Below are positions 18,366 through 27,054 of a stretch of 64,000 bases of DNA, in pieces. Within the stretch, counting starts at the first letter, position 1, and every line of letters begins with the position of its first letter. The stretch is taken from IMG/VR virus record IMGVR_UViG_3300031772_000018. One strand, written 5' to 3'. Below the pieces are notes generated by a model. The model was not told the origin of the DNA, did no database searches, and worked only from the letters and a program-made list of their open reading frames with translations. The DNA is from an uncultured virus (IMG/VR IMGVR_UViG_3300031772_000018). Its lineage: Duplodnaviria > Heunggongvirae > Uroviricota > Caudoviricetes. The position numbers and the translations under genes are program-made.

Positions 18366-18404
18366 GAGCTTGACTTATTATATAATTTACCTATAATAAA
18401 GAGT

Positions 18405-18749
18405 ATGAAAGCTATTAAGATTGATTCCCACCTGCAGACAATTACAGAGATTGAAGTAAACGGTCTAACTGATATGCAGAAGGCTGTCGAAGGACTCATT
18501 GAAGTCGCTGCCGAAATTAAACACGGCAGCAAGTATAACACAGTTTATGTAAATGAAGAAGGTCTATTTGAGCCGCACACCGATTGGTTTATTTGGGACG
18601 GCGCTCATCAGCCATTCAAGGGCAATGGCCTTGTCGTCGGTTACAATCCAAAGTCAGGCAATAGCTTGGATAGCAATATGACCGTCGCAGATGTTCAGAA
18701 GTTTGTGCGCTTTGTCTCCGAAGATGTTGTGCGACTGGATATGGAATAA
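18405..18749 (+). CDS. DUF3846-like protein
   Basis: LTDMQKAVEGLIE...VYVNEEGL...FKGNGLVVG. Confidence 0.7.
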   Translation: MKAIKIDSHLQTITEIEVNGLTDMQKAVEGLIEVAAEIKHGSKYNTVYVNEEGLFEPHTDWFIWDGAHQPFKGNGLVVGYNPKSGNSLDSNMTVADVQKFVRFVSEDVVRLDME

Positions 18750-18794
18750 TTAAATAGATGTTGACAAATATATAAAAATATATATACTTGTTAG

Positions 18795-19385
18795 TAGTGA
18801 GTTGTTAATTGGTTAGTTTGATGGAGACTTTAACAACTTTCTCTCCCGTGCTGGGGGAGACGAGATCCATCAGCGGCGACCAACCGCGTCAAGACAAAAT
18901 GAATTTTAGATGTTGATGGCTGGGGGCACTACAGCAGCTATCAAATAAGGTTTATGGTAATCCTAAAAAACCACTGGTAGCGGAGGTTGTAAATGTTCTT
19001 TTGATAACTTATGGGCAAGAAAGCTCAAAATGGTAGAGAGCGCATTATGTAGACCCGATTGACGAATCTAGTGTAACGCACTATAGGCGGCGCCGTGAAC
19101 CGGTAAAGCGGACCAACGGTTTATATCACGAACACTCGAAGTAAAGAGGTAGCGGGTTCGACTCCCGCCTTGCCCATCAATTTGTTTCGCTGGATTATAC
19201 TGTAGAACGGTATAGGCGTAGAGTGTCCTGAGGAGGTATGGCTTCGTCGGACCTAAGACTAACACGCACCATAACAAGCGAAACAATCAATTTGCAAACG
19301 GTGCTAGACCGCATCGAATCACGGATTTTTCTAGCCTACTCCGTGTGAAGTTTTTTGGTTGTCGAATATAAGCAAACCAAAGCTA
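18795..19385 (+). ncRNA. multi-module structured ncRNA cassette B
   Basis: Promoter 18761-18788, no credible ORF; pseudoknot-like 5' module, boxA-like TGTTCTTTTGA at 18994, tRNA-like module, module closed by TTGTTTCGCT/AGCGAAACAA, AATTTG linkers. Confidence 0.65.
19013..19176 (+). ncRNA. tRNA-like RNA with ~100-nt structured insert replacing the anticodon arm
   Basis: Acceptor GGGCAAG/CTTGCCC-A, D-arm GCTC-AAAATGGTAGA-GAGC, T-arm GCGGG-TTCGACT-CCCGC; no 7-nt anticodon loop; followed by TCA not CCA. Confidence 0.75.
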
Positions 19386-19430
19386 TTTTGTTGTTGACAT
19401 TTATTATAATTTCCGTATAATAAGAGAATA

Positions 19431-19610
19431 ATGAATAAAGTTATTGAATATCGAATTGTTGACTTAGGCCTAAAGCATCACCTTGAAAAAACTGTCAATG
19501 ACTGGATTAGATTAGGTTGGATTCCGATTGGCGGCGTAACTTTTATTGAATCCCATTTTCCTGGTGGGTCAGATTCTTGGATACAGGCAATGGTAAGATA
19601 TGAGAGTTGA
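19431..19610 (+). CDS. DUF1737-like small protein (59 aa)
   Basis: LEKTVNDWIRLGWIPIGGV...QAMVR; follows promoter at ~19394. Confidence 0.7.
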   Translation: MNKVIEYRIVDLGLKHHLEKTVNDWIRLGWIPIGGVTFIESHFPGGSDSWIQAMVRYES

Positions 19611-19972
19611 ACCACGAGTAATTACACTAGATGACAATCGGTTTGATGTTGAATTTGACGGCACTTCTCTTGGCCGACAATACAACTGGCTGACCGGTAT
19701 GCAAATCACAAACTGGCAGAGAATTGATGGCAATTGTGTCCGTGTAATCTTCGACAATTCACAGAAGGCTTAATTATGGAAACAACTAGAGCATTTGAAA
19801 TTTGGTGGGCAGAGACTCATATAACATCTACATCGCCTTTAATTGTTGAAGCATTCAAAGAAATTGCATGGAAAGATTGGCAAGCCGGTGAAAAACACTG
19901 CGCGGATTCCTCAAGGTTTGGAGCTTAATATGCGATTGACAAATCTATCAAATAAAGTATAATTAAAGAGTT

Positions 19973-20233
19973 ATGAAATACATTATCTTCGATGTCAATG
20001 GTCTTGAGTGTCCCGTAATCTTTTCCGAATTGTTGACGCACAATCAAGTTCGGCAAAGTTTTCCTGATTATTACACACCCATTTCGGCGGGATTCTGCCG
20101 GGCAAGTGTTGAGGATACGGGCGGCGACGAAGAATTAGTTATAAGAGCGTGGGGCAAGTCTGTTTCTCTTAACCTTTCTTCGGGTGTAAATGATACAGAA
20201 ATATTAACGAAGTGTAATGAATGGAGTCAATAA
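19973..20233 (+). CDS. hypothetical phage protein
   Basis: MKYIIF...PVIF...H...PISAGF...GKSVSL; promoter at ~19936. Confidence 0.75.
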   Translation: MKYIIFDVNGLECPVIFSELLTHNQVRQSFPDYYTPISAGFCRASVEDTGGDEELVIRAWGKSVSLNLSSGVNDTEILTKCNEWSQ

Positions 20234-20445
20234 TGAAAACCACGACAATTAACTTGGGTTATCTAAACGAAAAGACCGCAGCTAAAGTATATAATGCTTT
20301 GAATGGTAAAACATATATGAATTTCTGTGTTAATCGTGGTGTAGTTCCCAGCGGTATAGCGGTAACAATCACAACTGATTATGATGCCACCCACAATGAA
20401 ATTAGCGGGAAGGCGTTGCACGTTTTAGCAGAGGCAATGCTATGA
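20233..20445 (+). CDS. hypothetical protein
   Basis: TAATG coupling. Confidence 0.65.
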   Translation: MKTTTINLGYLNEKTAAKVYNALNGKTYMNFCVNRGVVPSGIAVTITTDYDATHNEISGKALHVLAEAML

Positions 20446-20633
20446 GTGATACACGCAGATGGATTCAACCGGGCTGGGATAATTACGGTAAGCCAAAAAG
20501 TAAAAAGCATCAGAGTAAAGACCGCAAACCTTTTCCAAAAGGACACCGCTTTGCTAAGGGAACACGCAATAGTGCTTACAATCTATTAAAGAAAGTAGAT
20601 GCGCTGCGTTTCGACGAAGAATTTAACACTTGA
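20442..20633 (+). CDS. small basic hypothetical protein
   Basis: ATGA-coupled; stop within next -35 box. Confidence 0.65.
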   Translation: MSDTRRWIQPGWDNYGKPKSKKHQSKDRKPFPKGHRFAKGTRNSAYNLLKKVDALRFDEEFNT

Positions 20634-20663
20634 CATTTATTATAATTTCGGTATAATTAGTAT

Positions 20664-20852
20664 ATGGTTATGAATGACACGATTACAGTTAATTCGTTAG
20701 TTGACTATTTCTCAAAGAAACTGGGACAAACTACGCTGGGTGTAGTTATTCGTGAATGTCAAATTGTCGCAGAAAATGTTTTAGTGCAACCCGTCAGTGG
20801 TTCTAAATCTGACCGTGAGTGGATTTCCAAAGAAGATTGCTCGGTGATATAA
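20664..20852 (+). CDS. hypothetical protein
   Basis: Promoter at 20630. Confidence 0.65.
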   Translation: MVMNDTITVNSLVDYFSKKLGQTTLGVVIRECQIVAENVLVQPVSGSKSDREWISKEDCSVI

Positions 20853-21044
20853 ATGGAAATCGTAACACCACAACCGCTTGAAGCAACTGACCCCGCATTG
20901 GCGGAATTGTTCAAATGGTATGTCAATGAAAATGTTCCGGAATATAAGCGGCAACAAGTAATCCTACAATGGAAGAAAGAACACGCTTACGACCTCTGCC
21001 AATGTGGCAGCGGTAAGAAAGCAAAATTCTGTGAGTGCGTATGA
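20853..21044 (+). CDS. SEC-C motif protein
   Basis: C-terminal DLCQCGSGKKAKFC. Confidence 0.75.
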   Translation: MEIVTPQPLEATDPALAELFKWYVNENVPEYKRQQVILQWKKEHAYDLCQCGSGKKAKFCECV

Positions 21045-21439
21045 ATAAAGAAGCCTATACCGACGACCTTAATAAAATCCTAACAAGTAATACCAAATTC
21101 ATTCTTTGGTCCAATACACGTTGGCCATGGAGCCTTCGAGCGATGAATAGTATTTTCTATAAAATTCTTGGCGCTATTGCGGAAATGAAGCACCATTACA
21201 TTCCCGTTGATAACGGCGAAACCTATGCCGCTATTCCATTGCCTTCTTCCGTTGCACAGTTTACACGAAATGATGAAATCGTCAAAGACAGAAATTGGCG
21301 TGGTAAGGAAGTTGAAAAAACAATCATACGACATATCCTTTACTTAAACTTTGATAAAGCTTTAACCGACGCAGAAGTTAAAATGTGGCGCCTAATTAAG
21401 CTCGGTATCTTCCTTGACGAAAAACTTGACATTCACTGA
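21041..21439 (+). CDS. hypothetical protein
   Basis: ATGA-coupled. Confidence 0.7.
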   Translation: MNKEAYTDDLNKILTSNTKFILWSNTRWPWSLRAMNSIFYKILGAIAEMKHHYIPVDNGETYAAIPLPSSVAQFTRNDEIVKDRNWRGKEVEKTIIRHILYLNFDKALTDAEVKMWRLIKLGIFLDEKLDIH

Positions 21440-21461
21440 TTGATCTGATAGACTAACCAAC

Positions 21462-21845
21462 ATGAAAGAAACGCTCAAACTCCTTGCCTTCCTCGTCCCG
21501 CTTTTATCGGTCGGACTCTACTCCATGTGGTGTCTTGCCAAAACGTCCGGTCGAATCCACGATACCTTGAAGAACTACCGCACGGAAGCGGAAAATGCCT
21601 TGAACCGAGCCGGACTGCTTGGCGTTAGAAAGAAGCTTTGCGCCTTTGCCCGAAAAGAGTGCGTCTTACGAGTTTACGGCGATCATGCCCGAACTGTCCT
21701 CGCCTATGTTGACGGCAAATTAGGAGTGATCCCCTCGCCGTGGCGTTGTCCAACTTGCGGCGCACCCACCAATGTTGCGCTGATGCGTAACCGGCATCTG
21801 AGCGATACCGGAGCAAATGAAGGCTATTGCACTGAACCGGCTTGA
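21462..21845 (+). CDS. membrane-anchored protein with C-terminal CxxC
   Basis: N-terminal TM; visibly GC-richer than neighbours. Confidence 0.65.
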   Translation: MKETLKLLAFLVPLLSVGLYSMWCLAKTSGRIHDTLKNYRTEAENALNRAGLLGVRKKLCAFARKECVLRVYGDHARTVLAYVDGKLGVIPSPWRCPTCGAPTNVALMRNRHLSDTGANEGYCTEPA

Positions 21846-21878
21846 CATTCTTATACAAATCCGTATAATAAGAGAATA

Positions 21879-22178
21879 ATGAAGCTTAACCTTCCTGTTC
21901 ATTCGACCCGACACTTCACTGCTCATTTCTGCGACAAGCTTATGATTGCAGAAGCAAGTAACTTGACAGGCCGATTGATAGGGCAGATGTATGACGATGC
22001 CTGTGATATTGGTATGGCTATGTATAGTGAGAAAACCGGCAAGCAATCGGAATGGACTCTGGTTAAGACCGATGAGGACAACGAAGATGTTTATGGTTGG
22101 AATTTTGCACCAACAGCTGAGAGTATTCGGAAATTCCCTAATCTTGCTGGTTGGTCCGTGTTGATTATTAACGATTGA
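21879..22178 (+). CDS. hypothetical protein
   Basis: Promoter at 21842. Confidence 0.75.
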   Translation: MKLNLPVHSTRHFTAHFCDKLMIAEASNLTGRLIGQMYDDACDIGMAMYSEKTGKQSEWTLVKTDEDNEDVYGWNFAPTAESIRKFPNLAGWSVLIIND

Positions 22179-22209
22179 CAAAAACTACAAAAAAGGTATA
22201 ATTACTAAT

Positions 22210-22641
22210 ATGATTAACATTACTCTAGCACCAAACGAAAAAATCTCCATCAATGGAGTCGTCTTTAATGAAAAACCTGTCTGCGCAAAACCGCCGACTG
22301 CCGACTTTAAATTTAAGGTCGGTGATTCAGTTGATATTAAGTTTAATGATGTTGATATTCACGGCGCAAAAGTTATCTCAGCATTTATTTGCGATGGAAG
22401 TTTCAAGCAATATGTAATCCGTCACAATTATCATGCTTTTAGAGTAAAAGACAAACAACTTACATTCACAATTTCAGTGTGGCCAGAAGATTTTCTAAGT
22501 CAGCCGAAACCACAAGATTTTCTAAGTCAGCCGAAACCACTAACAGTAAAAGCTGATTACAATTCTTGGGCGCCTCCGGAAAATTATAATTGGAGTAGTA
22601 ATGACATTACTCCATGGAGTAATGAGTGGCATGCAAAATAA
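22210..22641 (+). CDS. hypothetical protein
   Basis: FKVGDSV SH3-like motif; internal 27-bp duplication. Confidence 0.7.
   Translation: MINITLAPNEKISINGVVFNEKPVCAKPPTADFKFKVGDSVDIKFNDVDIHGAKVISAFICDGSFKQYVIRHNYHAFRVKDKQLTFTISVWPEDFLSQPKPQDFLSQPKPLTVKADYNSWAPPENYNWSSNDITPWSNEWHAK
22487..22540 (+). repeat. perfect 27-bp in-frame tandem duplication
   Basis: AAGATTTTCTAAGTCAGCCGAAACCAC twice. Confidence 0.95.
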
Positions 22642-22760
22642 ACCTTTAGAATTACCACAATGGTTAATTGATTGGGCCAACGCCGCTCCCATTCATATTA
22701 TAGATTTTGTGTCTAAAAAAGAAGTTGACAATCTTAATAAGATAACAGATAATACCAAAG

Positions 22761-23012
22761 ATGTTAAAAATGAAAACTAATACCACCGCCACTTTTGATG
22801 TTAAATTAAAGCCCGAAAACCGCAACCTGATTATCAGCGCCCTCAATACTACAACCAATCTCCCCTATAATCGGTTGGAGAATGAAATCGGCATTATACT
22901 GGATTTTTGCCTAATGCACAACTATAATAATCGTTGCACCATGGCTGCATGCTTCGGCGTGCTCTGGAAACGATATAGCAAAATCTACGAAAGTGCCGAA
23001 AAGGAATCGTAA
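22761..23012 (+). CDS. hypothetical protein
   Basis: Follows -35 box at ~22725. Confidence 0.6.
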   Translation: MLKMKTNTTATFDVKLKPENRNLIISALNTTTNLPYNRLENEIGIILDFCLMHNYNNRCTMAACFGVLWKRYSKIYESAEKES

Positions 23013-23175
23013 TGCAACTTCGTAAACAACACCGCAAACAAATCAGAAATGTCATCCCATGCCGCTGGTGTGGTAATGATGAACATAAAACTAAAGAATG
23101 CCCAAAAGTATCTTTAGGTGGTAAGAAACGCAAACAAGAAAGAGAATACCGCTCCGACGATTGGTATGATAAACA

Positions 23176-23421
23176 ATGAATAAACTAATCATAATCCTAT
23201 TAAGTGTAACATGTTTGTATTTAACTGGTTGTTCAAAACGTACTACACCGGGTGGTGCTCGAAATGCTGTATATAAAGAGTTCCAAACCACAGATATTCA
23301 AACTGTTCCCGGTTCCATTTACACCTTTATCGTCCGCGCAACAAACGGAAGTGTTTGGTATGTAAAGTGTGACAACATAGACGATAATGAAATATCCAGT
23401 AAGTGTATTTTGTTTAAGTGA
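23176..23421 (+). CDS. small lipoprotein
   Basis: Signal peptide with lipobox LTGC. Confidence 0.75.
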   Translation: MNKLIIILLSVTCLYLTGCSKRTTPGGARNAVYKEFQTTDIQTVPGSIYTFIVRATNGSVWYVKCDNIDDNEISSKCILFK

Positions 23422-23493
23422 TTGCCCATTAAAGACTTATAACTTGTGAATAACCCTTGACTTATTATATAAATATTGTATAATTAGAGAGTA

Positions 23494-24198
23494 ATGAAAA
23501 GTATAGTTAAGTGGTTAAAATCGTTAGTAACCAAACCCGTCAATTCTTGGAAGTTGTCACCAAGCGACTTTGCCTTCCTCTATAATCGTTGCCCTCGTTG
23601 CTTCTATAATAAAGTGCGACGGATTCCAACACTCACAGTTCCGGGCTATACTCCAATCGCCAAGATATTTAATACGATTGACAGCGGTATGAAAGCTGCA
23701 TTCAATGGTATCCGCACCGAAGCAGTTTGTGATAACATACCAGCAGGTGTCATTGAGTTTTCTGAAAACCTTAATATCGAATCCCTACCATTCGCTGTTG
23801 ATGCCGGTGATGTTCCTCTTTACTTTAAGGGTAAATATGACGCTCGTATTAAACTTGACGACGGCACCTATGGTATCATAGATTTTAAGACCACACAAGC
23901 TAAACAAGAGAAAATGCGCTTGTATTCTTCACAATTACATAGTTACGCACATAGCGTTGAGAATCCAGCGAATAAGGGCGACGGCTTTGGTCCGGTTACT
24001 AAATTAGGCTTACTAATTTATGAGCCCGCGTCATTTTCCTTTACAAAGGGTGAAGGTAAATTGGAAGGCAAGTTGACCTATATTCCAATTCCCCGCGATG
24101 ATAACATGTTCTTTGGGTTTCTCCGCGAGGTTTATTCACTCTTAAAGAGTAATCCGCCAATGAGCAATCCGGAATGTCAAACTTGTAATTGTCATTGA
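23494..24198 (+). CDS. Cas4-like/RecB-family PD-(D/E)XK nuclease
   Basis: LSPS...CPRCFY, GKYD...IIDFKT, QLHSYA, C-terminal CQTC. Confidence 0.85.
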   Translation: MKSIVKWLKSLVTKPVNSWKLSPSDFAFLYNRCPRCFYNKVRRIPTLTVPGYTPIAKIFNTIDSGMKAAFNGIRTEAVCDNIPAGVIEFSENLNIESLPFAVDAGDVPLYFKGKYDARIKLDDGTYGIIDFKTTQAKQEKMRLYSSQLHSYAHSVENPANKGDGFGPVTKLGLLIYEPASFSFTKGEGKLEGKLTYIPIPRDDNMFFGFLREVYSLLKSNPPMSNPECQTCNCH

Positions 24199-24231
24199 CA
24201 AACAAAAGAAAAAAGGTATAATTAAAGAATT

Positions 24232-24429
24232 ATGAAAATCTATAAAATCACTGTGGGATTTGTTATCCAACAATTCGACACTGAACTAGGAAAATATATT
24301 AGCCAAGAATTTATAGCGGGCGATGAGGTCAGCTATGAGTTTTTAAATGGTGAAATAGCGGATTCTAGTTTAATGGAAATCAATGGGGTTGAACCTTACC
24401 TACCATTAGAAATGTCTCAGCCCTCTTAA
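24232..24429 (+). CDS. hypothetical protein
   Basis: Promoter at 24195. Confidence 0.7.
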   Translation: MKIYKITVGFVIQQFDTELGKYISQEFIAGDEVSYEFLNGEIADSSLMEINGVEPYLPLEMSQPS

Positions 24430-24457
24430 CAAAACAAAAAGGTATAATTAAAGAATT

Positions 24458-24727
24458 ATGAAAACAAAAGTAATCGTCGGTAAACCAACAACATCTAAAA
24501 CAACTGTCACCCTTAATTGTGTCAAAAACAATGCCGGTGTCTATCAAGAATCTAGCCCCAGTGCTGATAATGATGTTTTTATTGTATCCTTTGGAAGTAC
24601 TACTGTATTGTATGTAGATTCAGCCAACAATGAAGTTGAGCCCATGGATTTTTCCGTTTGGAGTGAAACTGAGTTTGTCAAGGTCAATGTTCCCCTAACT
24701 ATTACTGCAGAAAATACCGAAGAATAA
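24458..24727 (+). CDS. hypothetical protein, paralog of 24730-25035
   Basis: TLN...G(V/I)YQ...VS...VLY...VE.M...W shared. Confidence 0.7.
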   Translation: MKTKVIVGKPTTSKTTVTLNCVKNNAGVYQESSPSADNDVFIVSFGSTTVLYVDSANNEVEPMDFSVWSETEFVKVNVPLTITAENTEE

Positions 24728-24729
24728 TT

Positions 24730-25035
24730 ATGAAAACCACCGTCAAAGTTTCAATGAAAAGTCCAAACACACCAAAGCTAGCTACATTCACGCTCAACCA
24801 AATTAAGAAGCGCCGTGGTATCTATCAGATTGTAAACGATGAAGTAACAGGTGTTAAGCCACGCTATCATGATTGTTATTTTGTTTCCGTACCCTACTCC
24901 AACAATGAAATGGGCATTACAATGGCAGTATTATATATTTGCGAAAATGACGTTGAAGCCATGTCTAAGGATGCTTGGGATGACAATATTTTCTTTGAAA
25001 ATACCGATGTCAAGATTACATTTACCATAGAATAA
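24730..25035 (+). CDS. hypothetical protein, paralog of 24458-24727
   Basis: Same conserved blocks as the upstream ORF. Confidence 0.7.
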   Translation: MKTTVKVSMKSPNTPKLATFTLNQIKKRRGIYQIVNDEVTGVKPRYHDCYFVSVPYSNNEMGITMAVLYICENDVEAMSKDAWDDNIFFENTDVKITFTIE

Positions 25036-25076
25036 GCTGTTGACAATTATTATAAAATCGGTATAATTAGTAAATA

Positions 25077-25388
25077 ATGAATGACACCGATCGCTTCTCC
25101 GTCGTTGAGTTCTACCACCTTCCCGGCTTTATGCAGGAAGAGTCCGCTCGCCTAATCAGCCCAAAGGCTGGAATGCCCAAATCCTTCTGTCAAGGCATTG
25201 TGGCGGCTGAAACAAAACTCAACAAGGTCACCGGTTGTTCCAGCGAATACCGTTACGAAATTCTACCCCTTTCGGAAGTCTTTCAGAAAATCGCAATGAC
25301 CAACGGCCTCAAAAAGCGCATAATCGCTGAGTTCCGTCACAAGGTCTATGGCGAGCCGATTCCAGTTGGCTGTCAACTCCGAGACTAA
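25077..25388 (+). CDS. hypothetical protein
   Basis: Promoter 25040-25067. Confidence 0.7.
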   Translation: MNDTDRFSVVEFYHLPGFMQEESARLISPKAGMPKSFCQGIVAAETKLNKVTGCSSEYRYEILPLSEVFQKIAMTNGLKKRIIAEFRHKVYGEPIPVGCQLRD

Positions 25389-25389
25389 T

Positions 25390-25707
25390 ATGAAGGCATT
25401 ACTTACCCTCTTATTCGTTTTAATTACATCCGTGGTATCAGCTCAAGTACTCGATTACCATATTAAAACCTTTGCCTTCACCAATGATGTCTCTAAAGGT
25501 TGGACAAACAACTGGCTCTATGTCGAAGCTCATAGCGAAACCAACGACCTCTGGGGTAAAGAAGTCTACCTCGAAGGTAAAGTTAATATAACCGATACCA
25601 ATTGGACCGAAGTCGCAGGCACACGTTACCTCTACACCGGTATCCAAACCAATGTTAACTTCCGCCAAGGTAACTTTAAATTCTACCGCGCGGGCCATAC
25701 CGACTAA
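25390..25707 (+). CDS. small secreted protein
   Basis: Signal peptide MKALLTLLFVLITSVVSA; TN-rich; C-terminal KFYRA. Confidence 0.7.
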   Translation: MKALLTLLFVLITSVVSAQVLDYHIKTFAFTNDVSKGWTNNWLYVEAHSETNDLWGKEVYLEGKVNITDTNWTEVAGTRYLYTGIQTNVNFRQGNFKFYRAGHTD

Positions 25708-25714
25708 TAGATGT

Positions 25715-25980
25715 TATCCCTATGCTCTCCCCATAGGTGCAGGTAGTCTCCCCATAGTATCTCCCCTCGATGCTCCCCATTAACCCCCCTTAAATGGGGT
25801 GGGGTACCCTTCTGAATAGGGGGGTACAGCATACCCCCACCGCAGGGATACCCTTTTTAGATCCGGGCCTAGAAAATCCCATTGAATTTTTTATTATAAA
25901 AGAAGTGATTTAATGGGTATATTTTTGAGATTAAGTAGGGGTTTGGTGTGCGGGGGCGGGGGCAAAAAAATATAGGGGAA
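25715..25980. other. putative replication origin
   Basis: Four CTCCCC direct repeats, inverted G/C tracts, adjacent AT-rich stretch; C-rich top strand to the left and G-rich to the right despite unchanged gene orientation. Confidence 0.5.
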
Positions 25981-26271
25981 AAGTTATTAAATTATTAAAT
26001 GGTTATAATAATTATATGGGGTAATATTATGATTAATGTAATAGTTGATAAGATTATTAAGGGTGGTGGGTATGAGGATTGTGAGGTAATTGGATCTTTA
26101 ATGGAGCTTTATAATGAACCTGATGGGGATGTGGTGAGTGGGTCTGGGGGTATTATTGAATATAGGCGGAAGTTAATGGAGAAGATTGAGCGATTAAGCA
26201 TTGACTGATAATATATATTAGGGATACCGCGAGGGTATATAAGAAGCAGCAAATAATGGAGAATTGAGATT

Positions 26272-27054
26272 ATGGAAATTAAAGAGATAAGGGTTCGTGA
26301 TAATAAGTGGTATGGGTGTATTCCGGATTATCCTGACATTCGAGATTTAAAGTTTTCGGCACCGAAGCCGATGCTTGAAGCATTACCGAGCAGTGTTGAT
26401 TTGCGGAGTAAGTTAGCAAGTGTATATGATCAGGGCAATTTGGGAAGTTGTACAGCGAATGCGGGTTGTGGAATTTTTCATTATAATCAGATACAGCAGG
26501 ACATTAAATGGGAGAGCGATCCCTCGCGGTTATATTTGTATTACAATACGCGGCGGCTTGAAGGGACCGTGAAGCAAGACAGTGGTGCGAGTATTCGTGA
26601 TACGATTAAGGCGATTGCGTCGTATGGTATGTGTCTTGAGAATGACTGGCCATATATGATTAACAAGTTTACGACAAAACCCCCTCAGAAGAATTACAAA
26701 TTTGGGCGGCAGCATACTGCGGTGATATATGAACGTGTTGAGCAGAATTTGAATCAAATTAAGGCGGTTTTGGCAAGTGGGGAGTTAGTGGTGATTGGAT
26801 TTTCGGTATACAGTGGTTTTGAGACGCCGGAAGTGGCGACGAGTGGGCAACTGAATATGCCTGGAGCGGGAGAGTATTTGATGGGTGGGCATGCGGTATT
26901 ATTTGTTGGGTATGATGATGCGACTCAGCGGTTGTGGGTGCGGAACAGTTGGGGTGCGGATTGGGGTATTAACGGAGATTTTACGATGCCGTATGAGTAT
27001 GCGGTGCATCCTGATTTGGCTTGTGATTTTTGGACAGTGCGGACAGTTAAGTAA
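26272..27054 (+). CDS. papain-like cysteine peptidase (family C1A)
   Basis: DQGNLGSCTA, GGHAVL, RNSWG catalytic motifs; LPSSVDLR. Confidence 0.95.
   Translation: MEIKEIRVRDNKWYGCIPDYPDIRDLKFSAPKPMLEALPSSVDLRSKLASVYDQGNLGSCTANAGCGIFHYNQIQQDIKWESDPSRLYLYYNTRRLEGTVKQDSGASIRDTIKAIASYGMCLENDWPYMINKFTTKPPQKNYKFGRQHTAVIYERVEQNLNQIKAVLASGELVVIGFSVYSGFETPEVATSGQLNMPGAGEYLMGGHAVLFVGYDDATQRLWVRNSWGADWGINGDFTMPYEYAVHPDLACDFWTVRTVK

Noticed and set aside
19043..19146. Group I or II intron in a tRNA
   Set aside because: About 100 nt is too short and no core motifs or intact anticodon loop halves are evident
19181..19286. Hammerhead ribozyme (CTGAGGA...CGAAA present)
   Set aside because: No stem I can be formed around a cleavage triplet, and CGAAAC is better explained as part of a perfect 10-bp closing stem
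25999..26208. 69-aa ORF next to the putative origin
   Set aside because: Low-complexity, skew-dominated sequence; not confidently coding
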